DNA of 64,000 nt from an uncultured Staphylococcaceae bacterium (GTDB lineage: Bacteria; Bacillota_I; Bacilli_A; RFN20; CAG-826), in contig CAYMRJ010000001.1 in NCBI GenBank assembly GCA_964392865.1, positions 71,263-135,262 on the forward strand, written 5' to 3'. The translations under genes were made by a program, and so were the position numbers. The notes beneath the pieces are model-generated. The model made no database searches, had not been told where the DNA came from, and worked only from the letters and a program-made list of their open reading frames with translations. Shown one piece after another: positions 18,555 to 27,117 of the stretch. Positions within the stretch are counted from its first letter, which is position 1. Each line of letters opens with the position of its first letter.

Positions 18555-19843
18555 AGAAATACGTCGAAACCGACCTCACGCATCTCGTCCATGAGATCGA
18601 ACTCGGATCCTATATAGAAAGAGTCGAAGAACTCGATAAGGCCATCAAGGAAAAGACCGGCAAAGGGAACGATTTCCTCGGCTGGGTCGATCTGCCGACC
18701 GATTACGATAAGGAAGAGTTGGCCACCATCAAAAGCGCCGCCCAGTACGTCCGCGACAATTACGACGTCCTTCTGGTCTGCGGCATCGGCGGGAGTTACC
18801 TCGGCGCCCGCGCGGCCATCGAGGCCCTGAACGGACTCCATAGCCAGAAGAAACCCGAGATCATCTTCGCCGGCCAGACTCTCGATCCCGATTACATCGC
18901 CCAACTGCTTTGTTATCTGAAAGATAAGAAGTTCGCCATCAACGTCATCAGCAAGTCGGGGACGACGACGGAAACGGCCGTCGCTTTCAGGCTCTTCCGC
19001 GAACTTTTAATCAAAAACGTCGGCGAGGAAATGGCACGTAAGTCCATCTTCGCCACGACCGACGCCAAGAAAGGGGCCCTCCGCAAGATGTGCCTAGACG
19101 AAGGCTATGCCTCCTTCGTTTTGCCCGGCGATATCGGCGGGCGCTATAGCGTCCTGACCGCCGTCGGCCTCTTCCCCATCGCCGTGGCCGGCATCGATCC
19201 CGAGGATCTTTTGGAAGGCGCCGCCAAGGCCAAGGAAGATACCTCAAACCCGAACATTCTGGAAAACGAGGCCTACAAGTACGCTGTGGCGAGATACACC
19301 CTCTATAAGGAATACGGTCTCGCTGCCGAGATGCTTATCTCCTATAGCCCGAACCTCGTGCAATTGCTCGAATGGTGGAAGCAGCTCTATGGCGAAAGCG
19401 AGGGCAAGGAAGGCCAGGGCATCTATCCGACCAGCGCCACCTTCACGACCGACCTCCATAGCCTCGGCCAGTTCATCCAGGAAGGAACGAAGTCCTTCTT
19501 CGAGACCATCATCCACCAGGAGGAACACGCCCTCGATAACGAGATCCCCTACGAAAAGGCCGATCTCGATGGACTCAATTACCTTTCCGGAAAGCGCCTT
19601 TCCTACATCAACGAAAAGGCTTATGAGGGCACCCTCAAGGCCCATACCGAGACCGGGGGCCGCGACAACATCGTCCTTAATATCCAAAAGCTCGATGCCT
19701 TTGGCCTAGGCTACCTCTTCTACTTCTTCGAAAGGGCCTGCGCCATGTCGGCGTATCTCCTCGGCGTCAATCCCTTCGACCAGCCGGGCGTCGAGGTCTA
19801 CAAGAAGAACATGTTCAAGCTTCTCGGCAAGCCCGGGTGCTAG
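18551..19843 (+). CDS. pgi: Glucose-6-phosphate isomerase
   Basis: Firmicutes-type PGI (about 430 aa) with SKSGTTTET and GGRYS motifs. Confidence 0.9.
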   Translation: MKKYVETDLTHLVHEIELGSYIERVEELDKAIKEKTGKGNDFLGWVDLPTDYDKEELATIKSAAQYVRDNYDVLLVCGIGGSYLGARAAIEALNGLHSQKKPEIIFAGQTLDPDYIAQLLCYLKDKKFAINVISKSGTTTETAVAFRLFRELLIKNVGEEMARKSIFATTDAKKGALRKMCLDEGYASFVLPGDIGGRYSVLTAVGLFPIAVAGIDPEDLLEGAAKAKEDTSNPNILENEAYKYAVARYTLYKEYGLAAEMLISYSPNLVQLLEWWKQLYGESEGKEGQGIYPTSATFTTDLHSLGQFIQEGTKSFFETIIHQEEHALDNEIPYEKADLDGLNYLSGKRLSYINEKAYEGTLKAHTETGGRDNIVLNIQKLDAFGLGYLFYFFERACAMSAYLLGVNPFDQPGVEVYKKNMFKLLGKPGC

Positions 19844-19865
19844 GAAATATCCCCATTTCCCAAAG

Positions 19866-19888
19866 AGTCCCCATTTGGGGACTTTTTG
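19866..19888 (+). terminator. Rho-independent terminator after pgi
   Basis: AGTCCCC-ATTT-GGGGACT followed by TTTTT. Confidence 0.6.
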
Positions 19889-19900
19889 CATCTTGCGCCG

Positions 19901-19929
19901 TTGACGCTCAATTTTCTTAGCGCTACCAT
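19901..19929 (+). promoter_or_regulatory. Candidate promoter of tRNA cluster (TTGACG-17-TACCAT)
   Basis: Hexamers and spacing read directly; about 26 nt upstream of tRNA-Val. Confidence 0.35.
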
Positions 19930-19955
19930 ATGCGGGCACGTTCGGGGCTCCTCGT

Positions 19956-20030
19956 GGATGCTTAGCTCAGCGGGAGAGCATCGCCCTTACAAGGCGGGGG
20001 TCAGAGGTTCGAACCCTCTAGCATCCACCA
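19956..20030 (+). tRNA. tRNA-Val (anticodon TAC)
   Basis: Acceptor GGATGCT/AGCATCC, anticodon loop CTTACAA, T-loop TTCGAAC, CCA encoded. Confidence 0.85.
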
Positions 20031-20060
20031 CCTTGATAGAAAACGTGCACGACATAGCGT

Positions 20061-20144
20061 GGGTGAATAGCGAAGTGGCCAAACGCGGCTGACTGTAAAT
20101 CAGCTCCTTCGGGTTCGGTGGTTCAAATCCATCTTCACCCACCA
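20061..20144 (+). tRNA. tRNA-Tyr (anticodon GTA), long variable arm
   Basis: Acceptor GGGTGAA/TTCACCC, anticodon loop CTGTAAA, variable arm TCCTTCGGGTTC, CCA encoded. Confidence 0.8.
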
Positions 20145-20151
20145 TTTTTAT

Positions 20152-20226
20152 TGGGGTGTAGCCAAGCGGTAAGGCAAGAGACTTTGACTCTCTCATGCGC
20201 TGGTCCGATTCCAGCCACCCCAGCCA
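20152..20226 (+). tRNA. tRNA-Gln (anticodon TTG)
   Basis: Acceptor TGGGGTG/CACCCCA, anticodon loop CTTTGAC, near-identical to Firmicutes tRNA-Gln, CCA encoded. Confidence 0.85.
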
Positions 20227-20232
20227 CGGGTA

Positions 20233-20308
20233 CCTCCGTTAGCTCAGCTGGTAGAGCACTTGACTTTTAATCAAGGGGTCGACGGTTCGAACCCGTCACG
20301 GGGGACCA
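20233..20308 (+). tRNA. tRNA-Lys (anticodon TTT)
   Basis: D-arm AGCTCAGCTGGTAGAGC, anticodon loop CTTTTAA, T-arm GACGGTTCGAACCCGTC, CCA encoded. Confidence 0.85.
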
Positions 20309-20315
20309 TTTAGGG

Positions 20316-20400
20316 GCCCTGGTGGCGGAATAGGTAGACGCAAGGGACTTAAAATCCCTCGGGGAAACCCGTATCGGTTCGAGTCCGATCCCGGGCACCA
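20316..20400 (+). tRNA. tRNA-Leu (anticodon TAA), type II
   Basis: Acceptor GCCCTGG/CCCGGGC (one mismatch), anticodon loop CTTAAAA, long variable arm, CCA encoded. Confidence 0.8.
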
Positions 20401-20413
20401 TAGATAAAATATC

Positions 20414-20445
20414 CGGCGCTAAAGAAAAGCGCCGGTTTTCTTTTG
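20414..20445 (+). terminator. Rho-independent terminator after tRNA cluster (possibly bidirectional)
   Basis: CCGGCGC-loop-GCGCCGG followed by TTTTCTTTT. Confidence 0.6.
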
Positions 20446-20473
20446 CCGGCGCTTCTTCTTCTATTAAGGAAGC

Positions 20474-23080
20474 TTATTCGCTCCTTAGGGCATCGACCGG
20501 ATCCTTCTTGGCGGCAAGAGAAGCGGGGATAAGGCCGCTGATCCAAGAGAGGAGGACGCTAAGGCCAATCATCAAGAGGGCTTGGTACCACTTGAGGGCG
20601 GCGATGCCGCTAAAGCCGATGACGGCGCCAAGCAAGGCGTTGAGGGCCACTTCGATGATTAAGGTTACGGCGATGCCGATTAGGCCGGCGAAGAGGCCGA
20701 TCATGATGGTCTCGGCGTTGAACAAACGCCTGACGTCTTTCTTGCGGCCGCCGAGCGAGCGGATGACGCCGATTTCCTTTACGCGTTCGATGACGGAGAC
20801 GTAGGTGATGACGGCGATCATGACGGTCGAAACGACCAAGGAGAGACCGGTGAATATCGTCAAGGCGGTGGTGACGATGTCGACCAAGGAATCGACGAGA
20901 GACAAAACCAAGCTAAGGGTATCGCTATAGGTGATCTCGGTCCTTTCGCTGGCCGTTAGGGTCTTATCGCCGATCACGATGTCGGCATCGCTATTCCAGA
21001 CGTCGAGGTAGGCCTTGATGGAGTCGCTTCCCGAAAGGGTGGAAGCGTAGATATCGATCGAGGTCGGATTGGCGGAGCCGCCGAGATCGCTTAGTTCCCA
21101 GACGACCGTATCTTCCGAGAAGGAAGTGAGGCCGGAGGAATAGACGACCGCAAGGTCGTAACTGGTCGCTCCTTCGAAGGTATAGGAATAGTTGTACCAA
21201 GGAGCCCCGGCGGCCGTGAAGCCTTCGAGTTCGTTTTCGTTGAGATATTGGGCGATTTCGCTATTCACACCGTCCTCAAGCATCCTTTCGGTCAGGGCTT
21301 CGGTGTAATAAAGGCCGCTATCGAGGCAGCCGAAGGAAATGTCCTCTTTCGGCGAAAGGATGGCCGTGATCTTGAGTTCGAGGCCGTCCGTATCGGAAGT
21401 CGTCTTCGTCGGGCTATAGGTAAAGCCGGTCAGTTCGTTATAGGAATAGATCGAATCGTTCGGGAAATAGTAGTAGGTCTGATCGAGGATTTCCTCGTAG
21501 GAGATGCGGCTCCTATAGAGGTCTTCGTCATACTCTTCCCCGACCGCGGCCTTGACGATGTTCATGAACTCGTCTTGGCCGAGGATACCTAGCTGTGCTA
21601 GGTAGACGTCGCCATAGGTCGAATTGTCAGCGACCAAGGCGATTTCGTTTTCCGCCGTCGGGAGATAGCCGCCTTCATTGAGGATGTCGTACTGCGAAAG
21701 GATCATCTCGTCCCCTTCCGGCAATTGCTGGAAGGGTGTCGAGACCATCGAAAGAAGGCTCGAGAACTGCGAGTAGGAAGTGGTCGAAAGGATGCTCGAA
21801 TAGACCGACTTGATGAGGGACAAAGAGGTCAAGGCGCCTTCTGCCTCGTATTCTTCCCCGTCCAAGGCCCCGGAGGTATAGATGGCCGGGGTCGGATCGA
21901 TGCCGTAATCGACCAAAAGCCCGGCGTAGATATCCTCCGGCATGGCCCTTATATAGGCCAGATAATCCTCGGTGATGGTATTTTCGAACATCAGGTTATC
22001 GATGCTCCCGTAGGAGCTGACCAAGGATTCGACGACCTTGTCGATATTGATGTAGCCGGTTCCGTCGTCCTCTTCCTCGACGGCCTCGACGACGGCCTCA
22101 AACGCCTCGCCGCTACTGACGCTATCGAGGATCGAAGTGAGATCGAAGCCGCTCGAATTGATGGAAATGGGGCTCCCGGAAAGCATGTCTTCCTGCATCG
22201 AATCGATGAAGTCGCTTACGCCGCTAGAGACGGCAAGGACGCTCGAAACGCCGATGATGCCGATGGAGGCGGCGATGGCGACCATCAAGGTCCTCTTCCT
22301 CTTGCTAAGGAGGTTCTTGAAGGAAAGCTGGATGGAACTAAATAGCGATAGTTTGGCCTTCCCGGTGAAGTCCGGGGTCGGTTCTTCTTCCTTTTCGGCA
22401 TGGAAGGGATTGCTATCCCCGACGACCAGACCATCGAGAAGCGAAACGGTCCTCGTGGCGTATTTCTTGGCCAAGTCGGGATTATGGGTGACCATGATGA
22501 CGATGCGGTCCTGGCTGACCTTCTTCAGAAGGTCCATGACCTGGATCGAAGTCTCGGTATCGAGGGCCCCGGTCGGCTCGTCGGCCAAGAGGATTTCAGG
22601 ATCGGTAACCAAGGCACGGGCGATGGCGACCCTTTGGCACTGGCCTCCGGAGAGCTGGTTCGGCTTCTTGTTGTATTGCCCTTCGAGCCCGACTTCGTCG
22701 AGGGCGGCCTTGGCCTTCTGCTCCCTTTCGGCTTTGGAGATGCCTCCGATATTCAGCGCCAATTCGACGTTTTGGAGGATGGTCTGGTGGGGGATGAGAT
22801 TGTAGGACTGGAAGACGAAGCCGATCCGGTGGTTCCTATAGTTATCCCAATCGCCGTCTTTGTAGTCCTTGGTCGATTTCCCGTCGATGAGCAGATCCCC
22901 GCCGGTCTGGTGGTCCAAGCCGCCGATGATGTTGAGAAGCGTCGTCTTGCCGCAGCCGCTAGGGCCCAAGACGGCGACGAATTCGCTTTGGCGGAATTCG
23001 AGGCTAACGCCCTTAAGGGCGCTGACCTTCGTGCCGCCGCCGACGGCATAGTCCTTTTTGATGTCAACGAGTTTCAGCAT
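20474..23080 (-). CDS. MacB-like fused ABC transporter (N-terminal ATPase + large extracytoplasmic domain + C-terminal FtsX-type permease)
   Basis: Walker [25 protein letters not shown], Walker B; one TM after ATPase, about 450-aa extracytoplasmic region, three C-terminal TMs; 868 aa. Confidence 0.85.
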   Translation of the reverse strand: MLKLVDIKKDYAVGGGTKVSALKGVSLEFRQSEFVAVLGPSGCGKTTLLNIIGGLDHQTGGDLLIDGKSTKDYKDGDWDNYRNHRIGFVFQSYNLIPHQTILQNVELALNIGGISKAEREQKAKAALDEVGLEGQYNKKPNQLSGGQCQRVAIARALVTDPEILLADEPTGALDTETSIQVMDLLKKVSQDRIVIMVTHNPDLAKKYATRTVSLLDGLVVGDSNPFHAEKEEEPTPDFTGKAKLSLFSSIQLSFKNLLSKRKRTLMVAIAASIGIIGVSSVLAVSSGVSDFIDSMQEDMLSGSPISINSSGFDLTSILDSVSSGEAFEAVVEAVEEEDDGTGYINIDKVVESLVSSYGSIDNLMFENTITEDYLAYIRAMPEDIYAGLLVDYGIDPTPAIYTSGALDGEEYEAEGALTSLSLIKSVYSSILSTTSYSQFSSLLSMVSTPFQQLPEGDEMILSQYDILNEGGYLPTAENEIALVADNSTYGDVYLAQLGILGQDEFMNIVKAAVGEEYDEDLYRSRISYEEILDQTYYYFPNDSIYSYNELTGFTYSPTKTTSDTDGLELKITAILSPKEDISFGCLDSGLYYTEALTERMLEDGVNSEIAQYLNENELEGFTAAGAPWYNYSYTFEGATSYDLAVVYSSGLTSFSEDTVVWELSDLGGSANPTSIDIYASTLSGSDSIKAYLDVWNSDADIVIGDKTLTASERTEITYSDTLSLVLSLVDSLVDIVTTALTIFTGLSLVVSTVMIAVITYVSVIERVKEIGVIRSLGGRKKDVRRLFNAETIMIGLFAGLIGIAVTLIIEVALNALLGAVIGFSGIAALKWYQALLMIGLSVLLSWISGLIPASLAAKKDPVDALRSE

Positions 23081-23510
23081 TTGCGTTTTCCTTTTTGTTG
23101 GTTTCGATGATTTTCCTGATTAGCCCTTGGAAGGTTTCTAGTTCCTCTTCCGATAAGGGCTCGCAGAACCGGCTTTCGGCCATTTCCAGTTCCTTGTACT
23201 TGGCGCTCAGGTTCCTCTTCCCTTTATCCGTAAGGACCAAGGGCTTCTTCTTTTCCGAGTTCCCCGAGGCCTTGATATAGCCTTTTAAGACCAATTTGGC
23301 CGCGAGGACGCTGACCCTGGCCCGGCTTAGGCTTAGCTGCCTAGCGATCTCGGCCTCCGGCAGGCCTTCGGGATTGTCTTCGAGTAGGAATAGGAGGGGC
23401 AGTTCCCCTTGCGAGATCGCCGCGAGGAAGCCATTCATCTCCTCTGGGATCCCCGAGTCCTTTAATTCTTTTATCCAGGCCTTGTATTCGGCCCTTTTCA
23501 AAGCGTCCAT
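23064..23510 (-). CDS. MarR family transcriptional regulator (overlaps start of ABC gene by 17 nt)
   Basis: Winged-HTH MarR signature (LSLSRARVSVLAAKLVLKGYI); 148 aa. Confidence 0.8.
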   Translation of the reverse strand: MDALKRAEYKAWIKELKDSGIPEEMNGFLAAISQGELPLLFLLEDNPEGLPEAEIARQLSLSRARVSVLAAKLVLKGYIKASGNSEKKKPLVLTDKGKRNLSAKYKELEMAESRFCEPLSEEELETFQGLIRKIIETNKKENANAETR

Positions 23511-23517
23511 GGCGGAA

Positions 23518-23534
23518 TGTTAACCCTATTAACA
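23518..23534. promoter_or_regulatory. Candidate MarR operator: inverted repeat TGTTAA-N5-TTAACA just upstream of marR start
   Basis: 17-bp element TGTTAACCCTATTAACA with 6-bp perfect arms 8 nt upstream of the marR ATG. Confidence 0.35.
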
Positions 23535-23606
23535 AAAGCATTTCAATTAAAAGTTTTTTGCTATTCCGTATTGCCTTGCATGGGGCCCTTTCAATAACTT
23601 CTCTAT

Positions 23607-24020
23607 ATGGAAGGCAAAAACGAAAATTTACCCAGGGCCGGGCAAAGACAAACCGAAGACGGGGTGTTAAATTCTCGGCAGGTCATGGTCAACCGGGAGA
23701 AGCTTAGTTTCGTCGACGATCTGACGATCAAGGCCCTGCGCGAGGGCTTGGGCATGAGCCAAAGCCAGTTCGCGGAAGTCCTAAGCGTCACGAAGACGAC
23801 GGTCAAGAATTGGGAAAGCGGGATCTGCTATCCCACGAAGGAAAAGGCCATGCACCTATTATCAATCGCTGTCCAACTATTGACGGCGATGCAAGGCGAT
23901 CGGAAATCCTACGGTTTCCTCTATGTCGCGGATCTATGCCAGGATGCGCGGCAATTGATCCAGATGATCGCCGCTACCCACCGGAAGATCCTCCCGGGAG
24001 GGATCTTGGGAAGGCCGTGA
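23607..24020 (+). CDS. XRE-family HTH transcriptional regulator (true start possibly internal MVNREK at about 23685)
   Basis: HTH_XRE signature ...LREGLGMSQSQFAEVLSVTKTTVKNWESG. Confidence 0.55.
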   Translation: MEGKNENLPRAGQRQTEDGVLNSRQVMVNREKLSFVDDLTIKALREGLGMSQSQFAEVLSVTKTTVKNWESGICYPTKEKAMHLLSIAVQLLTAMQGDRKSYGFLYVADLCQDARQLIQMIAATHRKILPGGILGRP

Positions 24021-24104
24021 GGCGTGATGGGCGTACGTCACGGCCTTCTCTATCGCTAAACCTAATCCGTTGCGTTTCCCTTAAGGGCGGCTAAAATTGC
24101 CCCG

Positions 24105-24350
24105 ATGGCCGAAAGCACCGAACAGCAAATCGAAAGGGTCCTGGAGAAAGTCAGGCCCTTTTTGAACCGCGATGGCGGGGATGTGAAGCTCCTCGGCTTC
24201 AAGGACGGCACCGCCTATCTCAAGATGACCGGGGCCTGCGAAGGCTGCTTCTACGCCGAGGCCGATATTTCCTCGGGGATCGAAATCATCCTCCTAGACG
24301 AAGTCCCGGGCGTCGAAAGGGTCGACGCCAGCGGGACTTTCCCTGGCTAG
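24105..24350 (+). CDS. NifU-like (Nfu) Fe-S cluster scaffold domain protein
   Basis: 81 aa with LNRDGGDVKLLG...GACEGC motif characteristic of Nfu/NifU C-terminal domain. Confidence 0.8.
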   Translation: MAESTEQQIERVLEKVRPFLNRDGGDVKLLGFKDGTAYLKMTGACEGCFYAEADISSGIEIILLDEVPGVERVDASGTFPG

Positions 24351-24360
24351 AGCAAACAAA

Positions 24361-24390
24361 AAAAGAGCTAGGTAACCCTAGCTCTTTTCT
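24361..24390. terminator. Bidirectional intrinsic terminator between nfu (+) and small membrane protein gene (-)
   Basis: AGAGCTAGG-TAA-CCTAGCTCT flanked by A-run upstream and T-run downstream. Confidence 0.55.
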
Positions 24391-24395
24391 TTTGC

Positions 24396-24638
24396 TTACC
24401 TCTTCTTCTTGGGGCGTCCTTCGAGGGTGATCCGGCGGAAGAGGAAGACCCAGATGCAGTCGAGCCAGCCGATGGGAATCCCGGCCGGGAGGACGAGGAT
24501 GGCCATGCAGAGGCGGAGGAACCCTCCTTTGTGGACCAAGTTGCTCCAGCGGATGCAGATTTCGACGATCCAGTTGACGACGGGGATGAGAAGCAGGGCG
24601 ATTTGGACCCAGCGCTTCCGGCTATAGAACCATTTCAT
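24396..24638 (-). CDS. Small membrane protein (80 aa, 2 predicted TM)
   Basis: Hydrophobic segments IALLLIPVVNWIV and LCMAILVLPAGIPIGWL; basic C-terminus. Confidence 0.4.
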   Translation of the reverse strand: MKWFYSRKRWVQIALLLIPVVNWIVEICIRWSNLVHKGGFLRLCMAILVLPAGIPIGWLDCIWVFLFRRITLEGRPKKKR

Positions 24639-24940
24639 GGTGGTGCTCCTTTCCTAGTTGCCTAATCTTACGTCCCTCTCCCCTTTTCCAAAAGGCCCAG
24701 ACCGATTTCGCATTGAAGAAAGGAAAAAATCCAAAAAGGACATTTCAAAAAAATATCCTTCAAGGGTAATTTTGCACTTTCCTTTTTTGAGGTTTCCGAA
24801 ATGTCTTAAGGTTTTCCGAAGTAATCGGCAAAATTTCTTCCTAAAAATTTAGGCCCTTAGTTCGGAACGGAAATAAGGCTATTTGATTCAATCTGACCCA
24901 GTTACTTTATTTTTCTAATTTGGGGCCTTGTTTCCGCAAT

Positions 24941-24985
24941 GAAAAAGGCGGCCCCTGGAGGGAGCCGCCCATTCATTTTTTTAGG
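24941..24985. terminator. Bidirectional intrinsic terminator downstream of IMPase-family gene
   Basis: GGCGGCCCCTGGAGGGAGCCGCC stem-loop flanked by AAAAA and TTTTTTT. Confidence 0.6.
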
Positions 24986-24988
24986 CTA

Positions 24989-25768
24989 TCAGAGAAGGAT
25001 GTTTTCCGGCCTGTTGCAGAGGATGTAGCCCTTCCGGTTGTAGACGTCTTCCCTATTGTAGGTGAATGGCGTCATGTCGGTCTGGAGGACGACTCCGCCG
25101 GCCTCGCGGATGATGAGGTCGCCGGGGGCGACGTCCCATTCCTTGGTCCCTTGGCTTAAGCGGTAGCTAAGTTCGGCCTGCCCTTCGGCGATGGCGCAGA
25201 ACTTGGCACTGCTCCCCATGGAAGCCTGATAGGCGATTCTATCGCCGTGCTTCTGGATCATGGCCTTTTCCTGGACCGACATATGGGTCCTCGAGGTCAA
25301 GACGGTCAGCTTCTCGGTCTTGCCGTTTACGCGGATTAGCGAGATCTTCCCGTCTTTGTCCTTGCGGTAGGCCCCTTCGCCTTTGACGGCGTAATAGAGC
25401 AGTTCCAGGGTCGGGAGATAGATGACTCCCAAGACCAGGGAGTGCCTATAGCTAAGGGCGATGTTGATGGCGAACTCCCCGTCCCTATTGACGAAGTCGC
25501 TGGTCCCGTCCAAAGGATCGACGATCCAGACGTAGTCCTTCTTCAGGCGGCGCCTGTCATCATCGCTTTCTTCCGTAAGGAAGGCGTACTTCGGGGTGGC
25601 CTTGGAGAGGATCTCGCGGATTATCGCGTCGCTCCTCTTATCGGCCAAGGTGACGGGAGAATGATCGCTTTTCTCTTCGACCTGAAAGGGGGAGGAATAG
25701 ACCTCCATGATGGCCTTGGAAGCTTCCAAGGCCGCATTGATGGCGGCTTTCAGTTCCTTCTCGTACAC
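24989..25768 (-). CDS. Inositol monophosphatase / 3'(2'),5'-bisphosphate nucleotidase family protein
   Basis: IMPase motifs WIVDPLDGT and metal-binding EE..D; 259 aa. Confidence 0.8.
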   Translation of the reverse strand: MYEKELKAAINAALEASKAIMEVYSSPFQVEEKSDHSPVTLADKRSDAIIREILSKATPKYAFLTEESDDDRRRLKKDYVWIVDPLDGTSDFVNRDGEFAINIALSYRHSLVLGVIYLPTLELLYYAVKGEGAYRKDKDGKISLIRVNGKTEKLTVLTSRTHMSVQEKAMIQKHGDRIAYQASMGSSAKFCAIAEGQAELSYRLSQGTKEWDVAPGDLIIREAGGVVLQTDMTPFTYNREDVYNRKGYILCNRPENILL

Positions 25769-25776
25769 GGTTTACG

Positions 25777-26634
25777 TTATTCGGCCTTGCCGATGCAGCC
25801 GAAGACCTCGCAGTGCTCGCGCATGGTCTGCTTGATGCCTTCCTTGCCCGGCCCGATGATCTTGCGGGGGTCGTAGACCTTCTCGTCCTTGGCGATGACT
25901 TCGCGGACGATGCGGGCCCAGTACTGCTGGCATTCGGTGTTGACGTTGATCTTGCAGGTCCCGCGGTCGATGGCCTTGCGGATCTGCTCGTTCGGGATGC
26001 CGGAGCCGCCGTGCAAAACGAGGGGGATCTTCACGAGCTGGTGGATTTCTTCCATCTCGTCGAACCCGAGCTTCGGTTCGCCCTTGTAGGGCCCGTGGAC
26101 GGACCCGAGGGCCGGGGCGAGGCAATCGATCCCGGTTTCCTTGACCATCTGCACGCATTCCTGCGGATCGGCATACATCGATTCGGCGACGACGTCGTCT
26201 TCTTGCCCGCCGACCTTGCCGAGTTCGGCTTCGACGCTCACGCCGCGGGCGTGGGCATAGTCGACGACGGCCTTGGTCATGGCGATGTTCTCTTCGAGGG
26301 GATGGTGGCTCCCGTCGATCATGACGGAAGTGAAGCCGGCATCGATGGCGGCCTTGCAGTTCTCATAGGTCGAACCGTGGTCGAGGTGGAGGGCGACGGG
26401 GATATCGATGTTCTTGTCCTTCATGTAGCCCTTGACGATGCCGACGACGGTATTCCAGCCGCCCATGTAGCGCATGGCGCCTTCGCTGACCCCGAGAATC
26501 ACGGGGACTTTCAGGGCGACGGCCTCATCGAGGATGGCTCCGACCCATTCGACGTTGTTGATGTTGAATTGCCCGACGGCGTAATGCCCCTCCTGGGCCT
26601 TGAGGAGCATTTCCTTCATGCTGACTAATGGCAT
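25777..26634 (-). CDS. fba: Fructose-bisphosphate aldolase class II
   Basis: 285 aa; class II FBA signature ([14 protein letters not shown]). Confidence 0.9.
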   Translation of the reverse strand: MPLVSMKEMLLKAQEGHYAVGQFNINNVEWVGAILDEAVALKVPVILGVSEGAMRYMGGWNTVVGIVKGYMKDKNIDIPVALHLDHGSTYENCKAAIDAGFTSVMIDGSHHPLEENIAMTKAVVDYAHARGVSVEAELGKVGGQEDDVVAESMYADPQECVQMVKETGIDCLAPALGSVHGPYKGEPKLGFDEMEEIHQLVKIPLVLHGGSGIPNEQIRKAIDRGTCKINVNTECQQYWARIVREVIAKDEKVYDPRKIIGPGKEGIKQTMREHCEVFGCIGKAE

Positions 26635-26670
26635 GCTTTTTCTTCCTTTCCTTATAAAAAGGAAAACCCC

Positions 26671-27099
26671 TTAGTAGAGGTTCTCCTTGTTCATTCCTTC
26701 CTGTTCTTCTCCCAAGGGAGCGTCGGGATCTTCTTCCTCTTCCGCGAGGTTGGCTTCGGCCTGCTCTTTCTTATCGGCCTCTTCCTCTTCCTGGTCGTCG
26801 TCCTTGGTTTCGATGTCGCTATAGACGTCCTTGATGTCGATGTGGGTCGCGGAGTAGGTGTGGTTGCTCCTTAAGTCCCAGAGGTTGTTCTTGGCCAATT
26901 CCACGAAGCGGCCGTCGAAGGTCAGATCGCTATAGAAGATGCCGATCTTGTCGGAAATCTCTTCCTCGGTCATCTCGAGGATCCCGTTGACCTTGGCGTA
27001 GAGTTCCTTGAAGGCGATGGCCCTTTCCGTCACCGGAAGGGAGTCGCGTTCCTTCAGGACCTCGTAGGCGACTTCGATCATGCTTTTGTCTTTTTTCAT
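26671..27099 (-). CDS. rpoE: RNA polymerase delta subunit
   Basis: N-terminal HARE-HTH-like domain aligning with B. subtilis RpoE (IGIFYSDLTFDGRFVELAKNNLWDLRS) plus highly acidic C-terminal tail. Confidence 0.8.
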   Translation of the reverse strand: MKKDKSMIEVAYEVLKERDSLPVTERAIAFKELYAKVNGILEMTEEEISDKIGIFYSDLTFDGRFVELAKNNLWDLRSNHTYSATHIDIKDVYSDIETKDDDQEEEEADKKEQAEANLAEEEEDPDAPLGEEQEGMNKENLY

Positions 27100-27117
27100 A
27101 ATGGTTCTCCCAATTGC

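Noticed and set aside
25813-26628. 271-aa plus-strand ORF antisense to fba (similar cases: 36573-37508 inside fhs, 41656-42435 inside rny, 5486-6346 inside the 5387-6310 gene, 58741-59490 inside the giant gene)
   Set aside because: Gly/Asp/Val-rich translations typical of reverse-frame reading of GC-rich genes. No start context or RBS. Sense-strand genes are strongly supported.
26635-26670. Possible terminator between rpoE and fba
   Set aside because: Only a weak 4-5-bp stem (CCTTATAAAAAGG) without a convincing T-tract. The genes are probably co-transcribed or use a weak attenuator.
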